Source: Alphaproteobacteria bacterium (GTDB taxonomy: Bacteria; Pseudomonadota; Alphaproteobacteria; Bin95). Taken from it: DNA of 64,000 nucleotides. Both the position numbers and the translations under genes were made by a program. Below are positions 1 through 10,367 of the stretch, piece by piece (positions within the stretch are counted from its first letter, which is position 1; each line of letters begins with the position of its first letter). Location: contig OZ224045.1 in assembly GCA_963665325.3 (NCBI GenBank), positions 1,088,001 through 1,152,000 on the forward strand, in the 5' to 3' direction. The notes below the pieces were generated by a model. The model had not been told where the DNA came from and ran no database searches. It was given only the letters and a program-made list of their open reading frames with translations.

Positions 1-2
1 AC

Positions 3-647
3 TTCTCGAAGGAGCCGGAGCGTTTCGGCAAGGGTGCGCCCGAAGGCGTGATCGCGAGCGAGGCCGCCAACTCGGCGACGACCGGCGGCGCGCTCATTCC
101 CATGCTGGCGCTCGGTATCCCGGGCGACCCCATCGTGGCGGTGATGATGGGCGGGCTGCTCATCCACGGGGTCACGCCCGGCCCGATGCTGTTCTTCACC
201 AACCTGGAAGTGCTGAACGGCATCTTCGCGACCTTCCTGATCGGCGCGCTGCTACTTCTGCCGCTCGGCCTGGCGCTGCTGCCGGTGTTCATCCGCGTGC
301 TCAGGGTGCCGCTCGACTACATGCTCGCCGGCGTGCTGCTGCTGGCGATTTTCGGCACGTTCGCGGTCCAGCGCCAAACGCTCGACCTGTGGATCATGTG
401 GCTGTTCGGGGTCGTCGGCTACGCGATGCGCAAGGCGGGTTTCCCGCTGGCGCCGTTGGTCATCGGTTTCGTCCTCGGCCCCATCGTGGAAGTGAACCTG
501 CGGCGCGCCGCGACGCTCGCAAGTTCCGACATGGCGGGTTATTTCCTCGGCCGCCCGATCGCACTCGGCATACTGGTCATGGCGCTGCTGGCGCTTGCCT
601 TCCCGGTGATGCGGGCGTTGTGGCAACGCCGGGCCGGCGCGACGTGA
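3..647 (+). CDS. tctA: Tripartite tricarboxylate transporter TctA-family permease (5' end outside window)
   Basis: Open frame from window start: SKEPERFGKGAPEGVIASEAANSATTGGALIPMLALGIPG..., plus GVTPGP and APLVIGFVLGP motifs typical of TctA. Confidence 0.9.
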   Translation, partial: FSKEPERFGKGAPEGVIASEAANSATTGGALIPMLALGIPGDPIVAVMMGGLLIHGVTPGPMLFFTNLEVLNGIFATFLIGALLLLPLGLALLPVFIRVLRVPLDYMLAGVLLLAIFGTFAVQRQTLDLWIMWLFGVVGYAMRKAGFPLAPLVIGFVLGPIVEVNLRRAATLASSDMAGYFLGRPIALGILVMALLALAFPVMRALWQRRAGAT

Positions 648-666
648 AATCGAGGGAGGAAGCGAG

Positions 667-1614
667 ATGAAATTCGGACTGGTGATGCCGCAGCATGGCG
701 CCTTCGCCAACCGGGCGAGCCTGGAACGCATGGCCCGTGCGGCGGAAGACACGGGCTTCGCCTCCATCTGGGCCATCGACCACATCATCATTCCCCGCCC
801 GTTCGTCGAGCGGTTCTCCGACCGGGTCTACGGGCTGTTCAGCACGCTCGGCTTTCTCGCCGGCATCACCAGCCGGGTGAAGCTCGGAACGACAGTCATC
901 GTGCTGCCTTACCGCCATCCCGTGACCCTCGCCAAGGAAATGGCGAGCGTGGACGACCTTTCGGGGGGGCGCACGATATTCGGCGTCGCCTTCGGCTGGA
1001 TCAGAGAGGAATACGAGGCGCTCGATATCCCCTTCGCCCGGCGCGGCGCCAGGGCGGACGAGATGCTGCGCATCCTGGACCGGCTGTGGTCGGACGGCCC
1101 GAACGACTTCGAGGGCGAGTTCTACTCCTTCGAGGATTTCGCCTTCGACCCGCCTCCCGTGCAGAAACCGCGCCCGCCGATATGGATCGGCGGCAACAAT
1201 GAGCGCGCGCTCCGGCGGGTCGTGGAATACGGGGACGGCTGGCACCCGATCACCTCGGCCCGGAGGCCGGGTTCCGTGCAATGGACCGTGGACGATCTGC
1301 GCCGCCGGCTGAAACTGCTCGACCGGATGGCCGAAGAAGCGGGGCGCGACCCCGCCAGTATCGCGCGCTCGCTGCATGCGACCTTGGCTTTCGACATCGA
1401 CGCGACGGATTTCCTCGGCGACGGCTACGCCTTTGTCGGCAGCCGGGACGATATATGCCGCAAGCTGGACATGGCGCGGGACATGGGGTTGGAGCACATC
1501 ACCCTCAATCCCTGGTACACGATCCCCGGCCGCATCCACGAGCCGACCGTCGATACGGCGATGGCGACGGTGGAGCGCTTCTTCGAGGAAGTGATGGGCG
1601 ACTACGCCGACTAG
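667..1614 (+). CDS. LLM-class (luciferase-like, F420-dependent type) oxidoreductase
   Basis: GFASIWAIDH, LAGITSRVKLGT, LAKEMASVDDLSGGR, PVQKPRPPIWIGG motifs; RBS GAGGAAG upstream. Confidence 0.9.
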   Translation: MKFGLVMPQHGAFANRASLERMARAAEDTGFASIWAIDHIIIPRPFVERFSDRVYGLFSTLGFLAGITSRVKLGTTVIVLPYRHPVTLAKEMASVDDLSGGRTIFGVAFGWIREEYEALDIPFARRGARADEMLRILDRLWSDGPNDFEGEFYSFEDFAFDPPPVQKPRPPIWIGGNNERALRRVVEYGDGWHPITSARRPGSVQWTVDDLRRRLKLLDRMAEEAGRDPASIARSLHATLAFDIDATDFLGDGYAFVGSRDDICRKLDMARDMGLEHITLNPWYTIPGRIHEPTVDTAMATVERFFEEVMGDYAD

Positions 1615-2459
1615 GGTCTGTACTCGATTAGGGGATTCCGACAGAGTCTGGAATGTGATTCAAGTTTCCAAACGATATGGAGGTTTGAATGGCGCGGACG
1701 CTGTTTTGGTTGAGCGAGGAGGAATGGACACGGATCGAACCTTGGCTTCCTCATGGTCGTCGCGGCGCACACCGGGTTGATGACCGCCGGGTGATCTCTG
1801 GGATTGTCCACATGTTGAAGACCGGAGCGCGCTGGCGGGATTGTCCGGCGGAGTATGGCCCCTATACGACGATCTACAATCGGTTCAACCGGTGGAGCAA
1901 ACAGGGTGTGTGGGAGGATGTGTTCTACGCCCTGTCGGGCTCAAGTGGCGTGATCAGCACGACCGCTGTCGATTCCACCCACGTAAAGGCTCACCGTTCG
2001 GCTGCCGGCGCAAAAGGGGGGAATATGAACACGCGATCGGACGATCTCGCGGCGGACGGACGACCAAGATTCACGCCCTGACCGATGAGGCCGGCCGGCC
2101 CGTGGCATTCACCCTTACGCCCGGCCAGGCCCACGATCTTGCCGGGGTCGGGGCTCTCCTGAAGCAGGTCCCCGCACCAAAGCGATTGATCGCCGACAGG
2201 GCCTACGATGCCCGCAAGTTCCGTAACTGGCTCACCGACCGCGGCTGCGAACCGGTGATACCGCCCCAGTCCACGCGGAAGAACCCGCACTCCTTCGACG
2301 CCACAGCCTACAAGCTCCGTAACCGCATCGAGCGTATGTTCTGTCGCCTCAAAGACTTTCGCCGTATCGCAACCCGCTACGACAAACGCGCCGATACATT
2401 CTTGTCGGCCGTCTTCATCGCCGCAACTCTCGCCTGGTGGGCCAATTGAGTCCCGACCC
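1614..2459 (+). mobile_element. IS5-family (IS427 group) insertion sequence, about 846 bp, TA target duplication
   Basis: Left end GGGTCTGTACTCGATTAG vs reverse-complemented right end GGGTCGGGACTCAATTGG; TA at 1612-1613 and 2460-2461 in CTAG context. Confidence 0.9.
1689..2449 (+). CDS. IS5-family transposase, orfA (1689-2081) and orfB (to 2449) joined by a predicted -1 frameshift
   Basis: orfA has DDRRVISGI..TGARWRDCP..YGPYTTIYNRFNRWS; orfB has IGRSRGGRTTKIH, ADRAYD, RNRIERMFCRLKDFRRIATRYDK; slippery AAAAGGGGGG at 2012-2021. Confidence 0.88.
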
Positions 2460-2729
2460 TAGCCCGCATTTCTCGCCATGGTCATGGTCTGCGCGGTGCT
2501 GTCGGGCCGGCAGGGTAGGAGAGCCGTGCAGCGCGATGCGGGGCATCGGGCAAGCGGCTCGACGCACCCTGCCGGCCCGACAGCGCCGCCCTTCGGGTCG
2601 CGCCCAGGCGTCCGCCCGCGGCGTCGCGAGCCTCAACCGTAGGCTCTGCTACGCTTTTCGGCCCCGCTCCTTGCGGAGCGAACGCCTGGACGCGACGCAG
2701 GCCGTGACCCTGGTGAGAAATGCGGGCTA
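2460..2729. repeat. Non-autonomous miniature inverted-repeat element (MITE/RIME-like), about 270 bp
   Basis: About 35-bp imperfect terminal IRs: CTAGCCCGCATTTCTCGCCATGGTCATGGTCTGCG vs revcomp CTAGCCCGCATTTCTCACCAGGGTCACGGCCTGCG; two long internal hairpins (2493-2589, 2597-2696); TA at both ends. Confidence 0.75.
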
Positions 2730-2862
2730 GAGCCGTATCGCATCGTTATCGAACGGGTCGAAAGAAGGAGCCGGATAGCGAGATAGAGGCCCGAACGGTG
2801 TTCGGGCCGGTGCTATGCTGCTTCCGTCCCGAGCGCGAACCGGAGAGGGAAGGAGACATGCC

Positions 2863-3783
2863 ATGAGCAAGCACCAGGGAACGGGCGTGCCGGCCCAGCC
2901 CGAGGCCTGGCAGTGGGAGGAAGCCGACTGGCGCCCGATCGTCGAGAAAGTCAGGGCCGGGCGTTCGCTCAAGCCTGCGGCATGGCCCGGCGGCGCGCGC
3001 TGCGCCGTTGCGCTGTCCTTCGACTCCGACCACGAGACGCAGACCCTGCGCTGGGCGCAGAGTTCGCCCGGCAAGCTCAGCCAGGGCCAGTACGGCGCCA
3101 GGGCCGGCGTGCCGAGGATCCTGAAACTTCTGGAACGCTACGGCGTGCCGGCGACCTTCTTCGTGCCCGCCGTAATCGCCATGCTGCATCCGGACGAACA
3201 GCGCCGGGTAGTCGGGGAAGGACACGAAATCGGCATCCATTCCTGGATTCACGAGCTCAACTCCGCCCTGCCGCCGGCCGCCGAGCGCGACCTCCAGATG
3301 CGCGCCGCCGACAAGCTGGAGGAGATATGCGGCGTCCGCCCGGTCGGCATCCGCACACCGTCATGGGATTTTTCCGAGCACACGCTGGCGATCACGCGGG
3401 AGATGGGCCTCCTCTACGACTCCTCGCTCATGGCCGATGACGAACCGTATGAATTACTGGAAGACAACGAGCCGACCGGGGTGGTCGAGCTTCCGGTGGA
3501 ATGGATTCGCGACGACGCGCCCTACTGGGCGATGGACCGTTTCACGGGCCTGCGCCCCTACACGCCGCCCGGAGGCGTGCTGGAGGTGTTCAGGCGCGAA
3601 TTCGACGGCGCTTACGAGGAGGAAGGTCTGTTTCTCCTGACCATGCACCCGCATTTCATCGGCCACCGCTCGCGCATCCAGGTGCTGGACGAGCTGGTCC
3701 AGCATATCCGCACGAAACCCGGCGTCTGGTTCGCAACCCACGGGGATGTCGCCCGCCACTGCAAGGAACAGGCCGGGCTCTGA
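2863..3783 (+). CDS. Polysaccharide deacetylase (CE4, PuuE/HP0310-like) amidohydrolase
   Basis: WPGGARCAVALSFDSD, GVPATFFVP, GHEIGIHSWIHE, GIRTPSW, YDSS, TMHP motifs; RBS AGGAGA. Confidence 0.88.
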   Translation: MSKHQGTGVPAQPEAWQWEEADWRPIVEKVRAGRSLKPAAWPGGARCAVALSFDSDHETQTLRWAQSSPGKLSQGQYGARAGVPRILKLLERYGVPATFFVPAVIAMLHPDEQRRVVGEGHEIGIHSWIHELNSALPPAAERDLQMRAADKLEEICGVRPVGIRTPSWDFSEHTLAITREMGLLYDSSLMADDEPYELLEDNEPTGVVELPVEWIRDDAPYWAMDRFTGLRPYTPPGGVLEVFRREFDGAYEEEGLFLLTMHPHFIGHRSRIQVLDELVQHIRTKPGVWFATHGDVARHCKEQAGL

Positions 3784-3788
3784 CGGCG

Positions 3789-4790
3789 CTACCCGGGCTC
3801 AGGCTCGGGGACTGCGCGGTCGGAGAACAGGCAGGCGTCGGCGTGGCCGGGGAGGTGCTCGACCAGGGGCGGGACCTCGGCTGCGCATTCCGCCTGCGCG
3901 AGCGGGCAGCGGGTGCGGAAACGGCAGCCGGAGGGCAGGTTGCCGGGGTCGGGCGGCTCGCCTTCGAGCCAGAAGGTTTCCGTAATCCGCTGCTTGCCGA
4001 TCTGCGGGATCGCGGCCAGCAATGAGCGCGTATAGGGATGCCGGGGCGCGCTGAAGATCTGCTCCGTCGGTCCCAGTTCCACGACTTTCCCCAGATACAT
4101 GACGGCGACGCGGTCGCAGATCATCCGCACGACGCTGAGATCGTGCGAAATGAAAACATAGGTGAGGTCGAACTGCTTCTGCAGGTCGAGGAAGAGGTTG
4201 AGCACGGTCGCCTGGACGGAGACATCGAGCCCGGAGGTCGGTTCGTCCAGCACCACCAGGCTCGGCTGCAGGGTGAGGATGCGGGCGAGGCCGACGCGGC
4301 GCTGCTGGCCGCCGGAGATTTCGTGCGGGTAGAGGTCGAGATGGCTTTCCGGCAGGCCGACGGCCGAGAGGATATCGCTCACCCGTTCCCGCCGCGCCGC
4401 GCCTCCGAGACCGGTATGGATGACCAGGGGCTCGTCCAGCGCCTTGCCGATCTTCCAGCGCGGGTCGAGCGAGGCACCGGGGTCCTGGTAGGTGTATTGC
4501 AGGTCGCGGCGGAGCTCGCGCGACTGGTACGGCTTGAGGTCGGTGATGTCGTTGCCTTCGAAGACGATCCGGCCGCTGGTCGGACGGTGAATGCCCATCA
4601 CCGTCTTGCCGAGGGTGGACTTGCCGCAGCCCGACTCGCCGACGACGCCGAGGATTTCGCCCTTCTCGACCGTCAGCGAGACATCGTCCACGGCCTTCAG
4701 CCAGCCGATGCGGCGCTTCCAGACGTCGCGGATCGGGAAATATTTCTCCAGGCCCTCAAGGCGCAGCAGGTCCGGGCCGGGAGCCGTCAT
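3789..4790 (-). CDS. Dipeptide/oligopeptide ABC transporter ATP-binding subunit (DppF-like)
   Basis: GESGCGKST, ISGGQQRRV, LDEPTSGLD, HPYT, C-terminal GCRFRTRCP; real start is MTAPGPDLL at 4790. Confidence 0.92.
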   Translation of the reverse strand: MTAPGPDLLRLEGLEKYFPIRDVWKRRIGWLKAVDDVSLTVEKGEILGVVGESGCGKSTLGKTVMGIHRPTSGRIVFEGNDITDLKPYQSRELRRDLQYTYQDPGASLDPRWKIGKALDEPLVIHTGLGGAARRERVSDILSAVGLPESHLDLYPHEISGGQQRRVGLARILTLQPSLVVLDEPTSGLDVSVQATVLNLFLDLQKQFDLTYVFISHDLSVVRMICDRVAVMYLGKVVELGPTEQIFSAPRHPYTRSLLAAIPQIGKQRITETFWLEGEPPDPGNLPSGCRFRTRCPLAQAECAAEVPPLVEHLPGHADACLFSDRAVPEPEPG

Positions 4791-5809
4791 GACGCGGCCT
4801 CCCGAACGGCCTCTACCGGATGGTGGCAGCGGATGCGGTGGGCGGGCCCTGCTTCCGTCACGCCCGGGCGGAGGGCGGCGCACCGCTCGCTCGCAGAGGT
4901 GCAGCGCGGGTGGAAACGGCAGCCGGACGGCGGGTCGATCAGCGCCGGTATCTGGCCGGGAATGCCGCTGATGCCGTGCTCGCGGGAGGGCAGGGATTCG
5001 AGCAGGCGCTTCGTGTAGGGGTGGCGTGGCGCGGCGAAGAAGTCGTCGGAGGGCGCGCTCTCGACCTCCTGGCCCGCATACATGACGGTGATGCGGTCGC
5101 AAATCTCGTAGGCCGTTCCGAGATCGTGGGTCGTGAAGAGGACGGAGACCCCGCGCCCGGTGGCGAGGCGTTTGAGCAGCTTGAGGATTTGCGCCTGGAT
5201 GGTTACGTCGAGCGCGGTCGTGGGTTCGTCCGCGATGATGAGCTTGGGCTCGGGCAGCAGCGCCATGGCGATCATCAGCCGCTGGCGTTGGCCGCCGGAA
5301 ACCTCGTGCGGGTATTTCTTCAGGATACCTTCGGGATCGGGCAGTTGAACGGTGCGCAGGAGTTCGAGAACGCGGGCCCGGTCGGACCGGCGCCGCGCGC
5401 GCGGATAGAAGCGGGCGGCCGCGGCGGGTTCGGAGTCCGGCGATTTCCACTTCATGAGCTCGTCGATCTGGGCGCCAATGGTGAAGACGGGGTTGAAGGA
5501 GGAGAACGGGTCCTGCGGAACGAAAGTGATCTGGCGGCCCCGGACTTCTGTGGCGAGGCCCTGCGGGTCCTCCGCCAGCAGGTTGCGTCCGTCGAAGTCG
5601 ATGACGCCGGATGAGATGCGCGCCGAGATCGCCGGCAGCACGCCGAGGATCGCGCGCGCCAGCGTCGTCTTCCCGCAGCCGGACTCCCCGACAAGGCCGA
5701 CGATCTCGCCGCGCCCGACATGGAAATTCACACTGTCGAGCACGCGGGCGAGGCCGCGGTCGGTCTGGAAGCCGACCTCCAGATCGGTGACGGTCAGCAG
5801 GTCATCCAT
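4787..5809 (-). CDS. Dipeptide/oligopeptide ABC transporter ATP-binding subunit (DppD-like)
   Basis: GESGCGKTT, YPHEVSGGQRQR, ADEPTTALDVTIQAQIL; start MDDLLTV at 5809. Confidence 0.92.
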   Translation of the reverse strand: MDDLLTVTDLEVGFQTDRGLARVLDSVNFHVGRGEIVGLVGESGCGKTTLARAILGVLPAISARISSGVIDFDGRNLLAEDPQGLATEVRGRQITFVPQDPFSSFNPVFTIGAQIDELMKWKSPDSEPAAAARFYPRARRRSDRARVLELLRTVQLPDPEGILKKYPHEVSGGQRQRLMIAMALLPEPKLIIADEPTTALDVTIQAQILKLLKRLATGRGVSVLFTTHDLGTAYEICDRITVMYAGQEVESAPSDDFFAAPRHPYTKRLLESLPSREHGISGIPGQIPALIDPPSGCRFHPRCTSASERCAALRPGVTEAGPAHRIRCHHPVEAVREAAS

Positions 5810-6659
5810 CGGAGGACCGCCGGGTGCGGGGGTCGAGAATGTCGCGCAGCCCGTCGCCGAACAGGTTAAAGCCCATGACGACGAGGAAGATGGCGAGGCC
5901 GGGCGCGGTGGCATACCACCAGGCTTCCGGCAGGAACTCGCGGGATTCGGCAATCGTCCGTCCCCATTCGGGAGAGGGCGCCGGGGGGCCGAGGCCGAGA
6001 AACCCGAGCGTGGCGGCGGTCAGTATGGTGCCGCCCATGCCGATGGTCGTGCGGACGATGAGCGATGAGGAGATATTGGGAAGGACATGGAAGAGCATGA
6101 CCCGTCCGGGCGAGGCGCCGAGCGCGATGGACGCTTCCACATAGGTTTCGTTCAGCGCCGAGCGGGTTTCCGCATAGACGAGCCGCGCCCAGAAGGGCCA
6201 ATAGGTGGCCGATAGCGCGAGAATGACATTTTCGATGGAGGGGCCGAGGGTCTGGGCGATGGCGATGGCCAGCACGATCTGCGGCACGGCCAGAAAAATG
6301 TCGGAAATGCGCATGAGCGCATCGGAAACCCAATTGCGGTAATAGCCGGCGACCAAGCCGACCGGGATGCCGATCAGCACGCTGACGCCGATGGCGATGA
6401 CCGCGATGGCAATGGTGATACGGGCGCCGAACAGGATGCGCGAATACACATCCGAGCCCATCCGGTCGGTGCCGAAGAAATGCTCGACCGAAGGCGGCTG
6501 TAAGCGGCCCGGCGGGTTGAACTCGCTCACATCCTGCGGGTGCGTGGAGAGGATCGGCGCGGCGATGGCGACGACGATCAGCAGCAGGATCAGCAGCGCG
6601 CCCAGCGCCGCCGTCCTGTCGGCGGCGAGTTTCCGGAGGAGGAAGCGGGCGGTTTCCAT
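5802..6659 (-). CDS. Peptide ABC transporter permease (DppC-like)
   Basis: HFFGTDRMGSDVYSR, EAA-like YVEASIALGA, FLGLG..P.PEWG; start METARF at 6659. Confidence 0.92.
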   Translation of the reverse strand: METARFLLRKLAADRTAALGALLILLLIVVAIAAPILSTHPQDVSEFNPPGRLQPPSVEHFFGTDRMGSDVYSRILFGARITIAIAVIAIGVSVLIGIPVGLVAGYYRNWVSDALMRISDIFLAVPQIVLAIAIAQTLGPSIENVILALSATYWPFWARLVYAETRSALNETYVEASIALGASPGRVMLFHVLPNISSSLIVRTTIGMGGTILTAATLGFLGLGPPAPSPEWGRTIAESREFLPEAWWYATAPGLAIFLVVMGFNLFGDGLRDILDPRTRRSSDG

Positions 6660-7663
6660 CAGCCGGCTTCGCGCGGGTCGATCAGGCCATGGGAGATGTC
6701 CACCAGCAGGTTCGCGATGATGAACACGGCGCCCATGACGAGAGTGAAACCCATGATGGCGTTGTAGTCCGATTGCAGGATCGAATTGACGGCGTAAAGC
6801 CCGAGGCCCGGCCAGTCGAACACGGCCTCCACGACGACCGCATTGGCGATCAGGTTGCCGAAGATCAGGCCCAGCTGTGTCACCGTGCCGATGAGCGCGT
6901 TCCTCAGCACATAGCGCCACACGACCACCCGGCGGGGGACGCCCATCGCGTTCTGGTAATCGACATAGTTGGAGTTGATGGCGTCGAGCACGCCCGCGCG
7001 GGTGAAACGCATCACCGTCGCCATGGCGGGAAAGGAGAGCGTGACAGCCGGCAGGATCATGTGATGGGCCACCGACCGGAAGGTCTCCCAGTCGCCGGTC
7101 CAGGCCGAGTCGATCAGGAAGAAGCCGGTGACGGGCTCGGGCCCCCACCCGTCCACGCGGCCCTGGAGCGGCGTGATGCCGAGCTCCATCGCGAACAGGA
7201 GCTGGAACAGGATGGCCAGCCAGAAGGCGGCGATGGCAAGGCCGGAAACGGTGAAGACGCGGAGCACATGGTCGAGCCAGGAGTTACGGTCGATCGCTGC
7301 CAGAACGCCGAGAGGGATGCCGATGACGGCCGAGAGCAGGATGCTCACGAAGGCGAGCTCAAGCGTGGCCGGCAAGCGGGCGACCAGGTCGTCGGCAATC
7401 GGCCGCTGCGTGTAGAGGCTGACCCCGAAATCGCCCTGGGCGACGCCGAGCACATAGTTCCAGAGCTGGACCGGGATGGGCTTGTCCACCCCGAACTTGG
7501 CTTTCAGGGCCGCGATCTGCTCGGCGCTGGCATTGTCGCCGGCGATGAAGGCAATGGGATCGGCCGGAATGATGTGGCTGATCGTGAAGGTAATGGCCAG
7601 AAGGCCCAGAAGCGTGGGCACCAGCCAGAGCAGGCGGTTCAGGGTGAGGACGAGTTCGCGCAT
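6659..7663 (-). CDS. Peptide ABC transporter permease (DppB-like)
   Basis: GDFGVS, RLPATLELA, VVVEAVFDWPGLG, DPR C-terminus. Confidence 0.92.
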   Translation of the reverse strand: MRELVLTLNRLLWLVPTLLGLLAITFTISHIIPADPIAFIAGDNASAEQIAALKAKFGVDKPIPVQLWNYVLGVAQGDFGVSLYTQRPIADDLVARLPATLELAFVSILLSAVIGIPLGVLAAIDRNSWLDHVLRVFTVSGLAIAAFWLAILFQLLFAMELGITPLQGRVDGWGPEPVTGFFLIDSAWTGDWETFRSVAHHMILPAVTLSFPAMATVMRFTRAGVLDAINSNYVDYQNAMGVPRRVVVWRYVLRNALIGTVTQLGLIFGNLIANAVVVEAVFDWPGLGLYAVNSILQSDYNAIMGFTLVMGAVFIIANLLVDISHGLIDPREAG

Positions 7664-7791
7664 CGGAATATGGCTATCCTGTCAGGCGCCGGCTGCTGCC
7701 GGACCCCGCCCTTGTCCCCTCTCGATCCGGACCGGAGCTGCGAGGGTTCCGGGAGGGGCCCGGAACCGCTGCGCAGGCCTGCCGGGCCGGG

Positions 7792-9357
7792 CTACTCCAT
7801 AGAGACCCAGCGCATCTCCTGGCCGTTGCCGATGGGCGAGAACCGGATGCCCTTGGCGTTCTTGTTGAACGGGCCGAACCACTTGGTGTTGTAGACGAAG
7901 ATGCCGGCGGCATCTTCCATCAGCAGGCGGTTGGCCTTCTCGTAGTTGGCCTTGCGCAGTTCCTGGTCGGTGGAGACGCGCGCTTCGGAGAGCAGCTTGT
8001 CCACCTCTTCGTTGCAATACCAGGAGTTGTTGCGGGCGCCGATCTGCTCGCAGGCATACATCTCGCCCAGCCAGTTGTTCGGGTCCGCATAGTAGGTGGA
8101 CTTCCACAGGAACAGCAGATCGTACATCTGCTCCTCGTCGCGCATCTTGCCCGAAGCCACAGGCCAGGTCTCGGCGACGATCTTGGTCTTGACGCCGATC
8201 TTGTTCAGGCCGTTCTGCAACAGCGCGGCGGCCTGTTCGGTCTGGCCGTATCCGGCAAGGGCGCCCAGCGTGATCTCCGGGATGTCGCCCTCGACCATGG
8301 CAAGGTGCTCCTTGGCCTTTTCAAGGTCGAGCGTGTAGCCCTCAGCATCCCCCGGCGAGCCCCACATATTGTTCGGCAGCGGCACCGGATTGCGGGCGAC
8401 CGAGCCGGACAGGATGTTGTCGATGAACCCGTCATAGTCGAAGGCGTAGCTCAGCGCCTTGCGGAAGTTGATGTCGTTCATCGGCGGGCGGGCGTTGTGG
8501 ATGATGGAATAGAAGATCCGCATGGACTCTTCTTCCTGCACAACGACATGGTCGCTGGTGCGCAGCCGCTTCACCTGGTCCTGCGGCAGGTAGCCGTCCG
8601 TGCCGTGGAAGTCGCCGTTCATCAGCCCGAGCACGCGCGAGTTGATCTCGACGACCGTGCGGAACTCGATTTCGTCGAGCGGGTTGTCCACCATGTCCCA
8701 GCCGAAGAAATGGTCCTCGAAGCGCGCCGCCTGCCAGCCGATGGCCGGGTCGTAGCGCTTGAGCTGGAAGGAGCCGGAGCCGGCGTCGTTCTTCGACAGC
8801 CACGCGGTGCCGAGGTCGCCGTCTGCTTCGTTGGCCTTCACCAGCTCGGCGTTGACGACATGGATTTCCGGAACCGTGGCGAGGAAGATGGCCGAGGGCT
8901 TGGAGAGGGTGAAGACGACCGTCTTGGCGTCCGGAGCCTTCGTGGAGCCCGGTGCGACCGTGCCCTCGAAGAGCGAGTAGGCGCCCTTCTTCATCTCCAG
9001 GATGCGGTCGATGGAATACACGACATCGGAGGCTTCGACCGGCGAGCCATCGTGGAACTTGGCGTCCCTGAGGGTGAAGGTGTAGGTCAGCCCGTCATCC
9101 GAGATATCGACCTTCTCGGCCAGCCACGGCTCCAGATGCGGAGGATTGTCGAACCACCGCATCAGCCCGTCATAGAGGTTGATGCGCGAGGCGACCCGGC
9201 CGACATCGAAGATGGCGTGCGGATCCAGCGTGTCGTAGGCGGACGAGTTGGCGAACACGAATTTGCCGCCGGCCGTCGCCGTCGTAGTTGCCGCGCCCAG
9301 CGCAATCGTCGCGACGGCGGCGATGCGGCATAGACGGGATGCATGACGAATAAGCAT
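7792..9357 (-). CDS. Peptide/nickel ABC transporter substrate-binding protein (family 5)
   Basis: Signal peptide, TLDPH, LYDGL, YTFTLRDAKFHDGSPVEASDVVYS, GSGSF; RBS AGGAGA before ATG at 9357. Confidence 0.92.
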   Translation of the reverse strand: MLIRHASRLCRIAAVATIALGAATTTATAGGKFVFANSSAYDTLDPHAIFDVGRVASRINLYDGLMRWFDNPPHLEPWLAEKVDISDDGLTYTFTLRDAKFHDGSPVEASDVVYSIDRILEMKKGAYSLFEGTVAPGSTKAPDAKTVVFTLSKPSAIFLATVPEIHVVNAELVKANEADGDLGTAWLSKNDAGSGSFQLKRYDPAIGWQAARFEDHFFGWDMVDNPLDEIEFRTVVEINSRVLGLMNGDFHGTDGYLPQDQVKRLRTSDHVVVQEEESMRIFYSIIHNARPPMNDINFRKALSYAFDYDGFIDNILSGSVARNPVPLPNNMWGSPGDAEGYTLDLEKAKEHLAMVEGDIPEITLGALAGYGQTEQAAALLQNGLNKIGVKTKIVAETWPVASGKMRDEEQMYDLLFLWKSTYYADPNNWLGEMYACEQIGARNNSWYCNEEVDKLLSEARVSTDQELRKANYEKANRLLMEDAAGIFVYNTKWFGPFNKNAKGIRFSPIGNGQEMRWVSME

Positions 9358-9437
9358 CGTTCGTCTGTCTCCTTGTTGCAGTTCCGTTGCGGCGGGGCAC
9401 CCCCGCCTCCTCCCATGTCCGGGCCGTTTCCCGGTCC

Positions 9438-10199
9438 TCAGCGGTTCCACTGGAAGCCGTCGATGGTAATGTCTTGGCCGGTCACGAAACAGGGCTCGAC
9501 GGTCGCCAGGAACGCGACGAGTTCGGCCACGTCGCGCGGACTGCCGGTGCGGTTGAGCGCGATGCCCCGGATCAATTCGGGCTCTCGCGTGGCGATGACG
9601 GGATTCTTCTGCGTCAGCTCGGTCTTGATGAGGCCGGGGCACACGCAGTTGATGGCGATATGCGGGCCCAGTTCCTTGGCGAGCGAGCGGGTCAGGCCGA
9701 TGATGCCGGCCTTGGCGGCGGCGTAGGCCACCTTCGAGACCGCCGCCGTCACGCCGCCGGAATGGGCGTTGAGCGAGGACATCGAAACGATGCGCCCGTA
9801 TTCGCGTTCCATCATGGCCGGCGCAACCGCCTGGATATAGTTGAAGCAGCTCTTCAGATTGACGTCGATAGTTGTGTCCCACTGCTCTTCGGATAGGTCC
9901 AGAATGCCTGTCGGCATCGGCCGCCCGGCATTGTTGACGAGCACATCGATGCGGCCCCAGGCGTCGAGAACGCCGCCGGCGACTTCCTTCGCGCGGCCGT
10001 GATCGGCGACATCGGCCTCGAATGTGAGGCAGGGGACGCCATAGCCTTCGATTTCGGCCCTGGTGTTGGCCATTTCGGCGGTCAGGACATCCACCAGGGC
10101 GACGGCAAGGCCGCGCTCCGCCAGTGCATGCGCACAGCCGCGTCCGATACCGCGGGCGCCGCCGGTGACGATCGCCACCCTCATGTCGAATTCAGCCAT
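9438..10199 (-). CDS. Short-chain dehydrogenase/reductase (FabG-like)
   Basis: TGGARGIG, NNAG, YAAAK; start MAEFDMR at 10199. Confidence 0.9.
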   Translation of the reverse strand: MAEFDMRVAIVTGGARGIGRGCAHALAERGLAVALVDVLTAEMANTRAEIEGYGVPCLTFEADVADHGRAKEVAGGVLDAWGRIDVLVNNAGRPMPTGILDLSEEQWDTTIDVNLKSCFNYIQAVAPAMMEREYGRIVSMSSLNAHSGGVTAAVSKVAYAAAKAGIIGLTRSLAKELGPHIAINCVCPGLIKTELTQKNPVIATREPELIRGIALNRTGSPRDVAELVAFLATVEPCFVTGQDITIDGFQWNR

Positions 10200-10367
10200 G
10201 GGACCCCTCAGGCAGGGAAGACTGACGCCTCCCGGCGGGCGCGTCAAATGCACGCCTCCCGAAAAATGCCTCGACGGCGAGGCTGGACTTGCGGGGCGCG
10301 GGGGGAAATGCTGGACGGGAGGGGCCATCGGAACCGACGGTCGCAACCCTGAACCGAACGAGGCGTT

